From a virus (taxonomy: Duplodnaviria; Caudoviricetes): a stretch of DNA of 35,515 nucleotides. Every line of letters begins with the position of its first letter. The stretch's first letter is position 1. Positions 34,019 through 35,515 of the stretch are shown in pieces. Location of the stretch: IMG/VR virus record IMGVR_UViG_3300017589_000281, positions 1 to 35,515 of that record; one strand, 5' to 3'. Made by a program: the position numbers and the translations under genes. The notes below the pieces were generated by a model. It made no database searches. It was not told the DNA's origin and saw nothing but the letters and a program-made list of their open reading frames with translations.

Positions 34019-35515
34019 GTGGCTTTAATTAAGAACAGTGATAAAATCGTTCGAGTAGGGTGCTATATTCGTGTTTCTACGCAAGAGCAAGCCAAAGAGG
34101 GATATTCTATTAAAGCACAAACGGAGCGCTTAAAAAGCTACTGTATTGCTCGTGGGTGGAGTGCTAGCGAAATATACACAGACCCTGCCTACTCAGGTGC
34201 AAAAATAGAACGTCCAGCATTGCAAAAACTAATTTCAGATGTCAAAAATAAAAAGATAGATTTAGTCCTTGTTTATAAGCTTGATAGGTTAAGCCGTTCG
34301 CAAAAGGACACTCTTTATTTAATTGAAGATGTTTTTATTAAAAATGGAATTGACTTTGTGTCTATCAACGAAAACTTTGATACATCAACGGCGTTTGGAC
34401 GTGCAATGATTGGAATACTGTCGGTATTCGCCCAACTTGAACGTGAACAGATAAAAGAGCGCACACAAATGGGTAGAGCTGAAAGGGCAAAAAGTGGGCT
34501 ATGGCATGGGGGCGGAAACTTTCCAATAGGGTATGATTATATAGAGGCAACAAGTGAGCTTATAATAGATGAATATGAGGCAATGCAAGTTCGCGAAATA
34601 TTCGATATGTATGCAAATAATCAATATTCATTCAATAAAATCAAACAGACACTAAACAAAAAAGGCTACAAAAACAAGCACGGTGAATGGAATCATACCT
34701 CAACAATAAAGAATGTTCTTAAAAATAGCTTGTATACAGGGCGAGTATCCTGGGGTGAGCATGAATATCAAGGCAAACACCAACCGATTATAGAAAAAGA
34801 ACTATTCGACTTAGCACAAAAAAGATTAGATGAAACAGGCTGGGAAAAAGGCGAAACCCCAAACACTTCTCCGTTCTCTGCAACTCAACTGTTATCAGGA
34901 GTATTGTTTTGCAAGAACTGTGGAGCGAGATACTTCGGCTCAGGGGCATATCGTGGTTCGCATAAACTGCCAAACTCTCAAAAACAATATATACACATAT
35001 ACACTTGCTATTCCAGGGCCAAAACCAAAAAGGAAATGATTAAGGATCCCACCTGCAAAAACATGAATTGGAAAGCAGTCGATTTAGACCAATATGTGGC
35101 TAGGGAAATAATGAAATTGAACTTTGAAAAGGAATTCAACGCACTAGTAAGTGGTCCCAAGAAAACGGACAAAAAGAATATCGAAAGACTAGCAATTAAA
35201 AAGCAGATAGAAAAGCTAGATGCACAAATGTCAAAAACGCTAGACTTGTTATTGTATGATAACCTCCCAACTCAAAAGGTCGCAGAGCGTTTAGAAGTCT
35301 TGTCAAAAGAAAAAATTAAACTTGAAACTTCACTAGAGGGTTTCAAAAAGAAAAAAGCAAAGCTGAGCCATGAAGAGGCGCTAGATATAATTAGAAATTC
35401 AAGTGATATATTTGGCAATGGCGATATTCTCGCTAAGCGCCATTTAATCAATTCCCTCATTAACAAGATATATATTGACGGTTCAGAAGTAACAATAGAA
35501 TGGAGCTTTCTATAA
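34019..35515 (+). CDS. int: Large serine recombinase (integrase)
   Basis: YIRVST catalytic Ser, LDRLSR, recombinase domain, zinc ribbon CKNC..C..C and coiled coil. Confidence 0.97.
   Translation: MALIKNSDKIVRVGCYIRVSTQEQAKEGYSIKAQTERLKSYCIARGWSASEIYTDPAYSGAKIERPALQKLISDVKNKKIDLVLVYKLDRLSRSQKDTLYLIEDVFIKNGIDFVSINENFDTSTAFGRAMIGILSVFAQLEREQIKERTQMGRAERAKSGLWHGGGNFPIGYDYIEATSELIIDEYEAMQVREIFDMYANNQYSFNKIKQTLNKKGYKNKHGEWNHTSTIKNVLKNSLYTGRVSWGEHEYQGKHQPIIEKELFDLAQKRLDETGWEKGETPNTSPFSATQLLSGVLFCKNCGARYFGSGAYRGSHKLPNSQKQYIHIYTCYSRAKTKKEMIKDPTCKNMNWKAVDLDQYVAREIMKLNFEKEFNALVSGPKKTDKKNIERLAIKKQIEKLDAQMSKTLDLLLYDNLPTQKVAERLEVLSKEKIKLETSLEGFKKKKAKLSHEEALDIIRNSSDIFGNGDILAKRHLINSLINKIYIDGSEVTIEWSFL

Larger units (their letters stand above)
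1..35515. mobile_element. Temperate prophage (siphovirus-like, serine-integrase type, Firmicute host)
   Basis: Canonical order integrase-immunity-early/replication-packaging-head-neck-tail-lysis spans the whole window; no host housekeeping genes; no sheath or baseplate genes recognised. Confidence 0.96.

Noticed and set aside
1-35515. att sites, tRNA and rRNA genes
   Set aside because: Window ends exactly at the terminal stop codons so att sites lie outside; no tRNA or rRNA pattern seen

Overview
The window is an essentially complete temperate siphovirus-type prophage of a Firmicute, most likely a clostridial host (inferred from gene families and sigmaA-type signals). It runs from the endolysin stop codon (pos 1) to the integrase stop codon (pos 35515), so no att sites are visible. 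Reading right to left on the minus strand: Cro-like gene and small early genes, a C5-methyltransferase-like gene, a replication module (DUF2800-type nuclease, DUF2815-type SSB, DNA polymerase A, primase/VirE-type helicase, iteron origin, VRR-NUC, SNF2 helicase), a late activator, two morons (Fic, hypothetical), terminases, portal, MuF-type minor head protein, scaffold, capsid, neck, tail and lysis genes. The plus strand carries an ImmR-like repressor, an ImmA-like protease and a large serine integrase. The most notable points are: (1) a MuF minor head protein with a C-terminal toxin-like domain followed by an unannotated 55-aa immunity-like gene; (2) tandem predicted pseudoknots in the scaffold-gene leader; (3) a promoter-and-terminator-defined antisense sRNA in the early operon; (4) an apparent in-frame deletion in the terminase nuclease domain; (5) a candidate recombination directionality factor behind a sporulation-sigma-like promoter; (6) morons bounded by related terminators sharing a conserved tail; (7) a -1 frameshift site in the tail chaperone. 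Family names are from recognition of motifs, not database searches.
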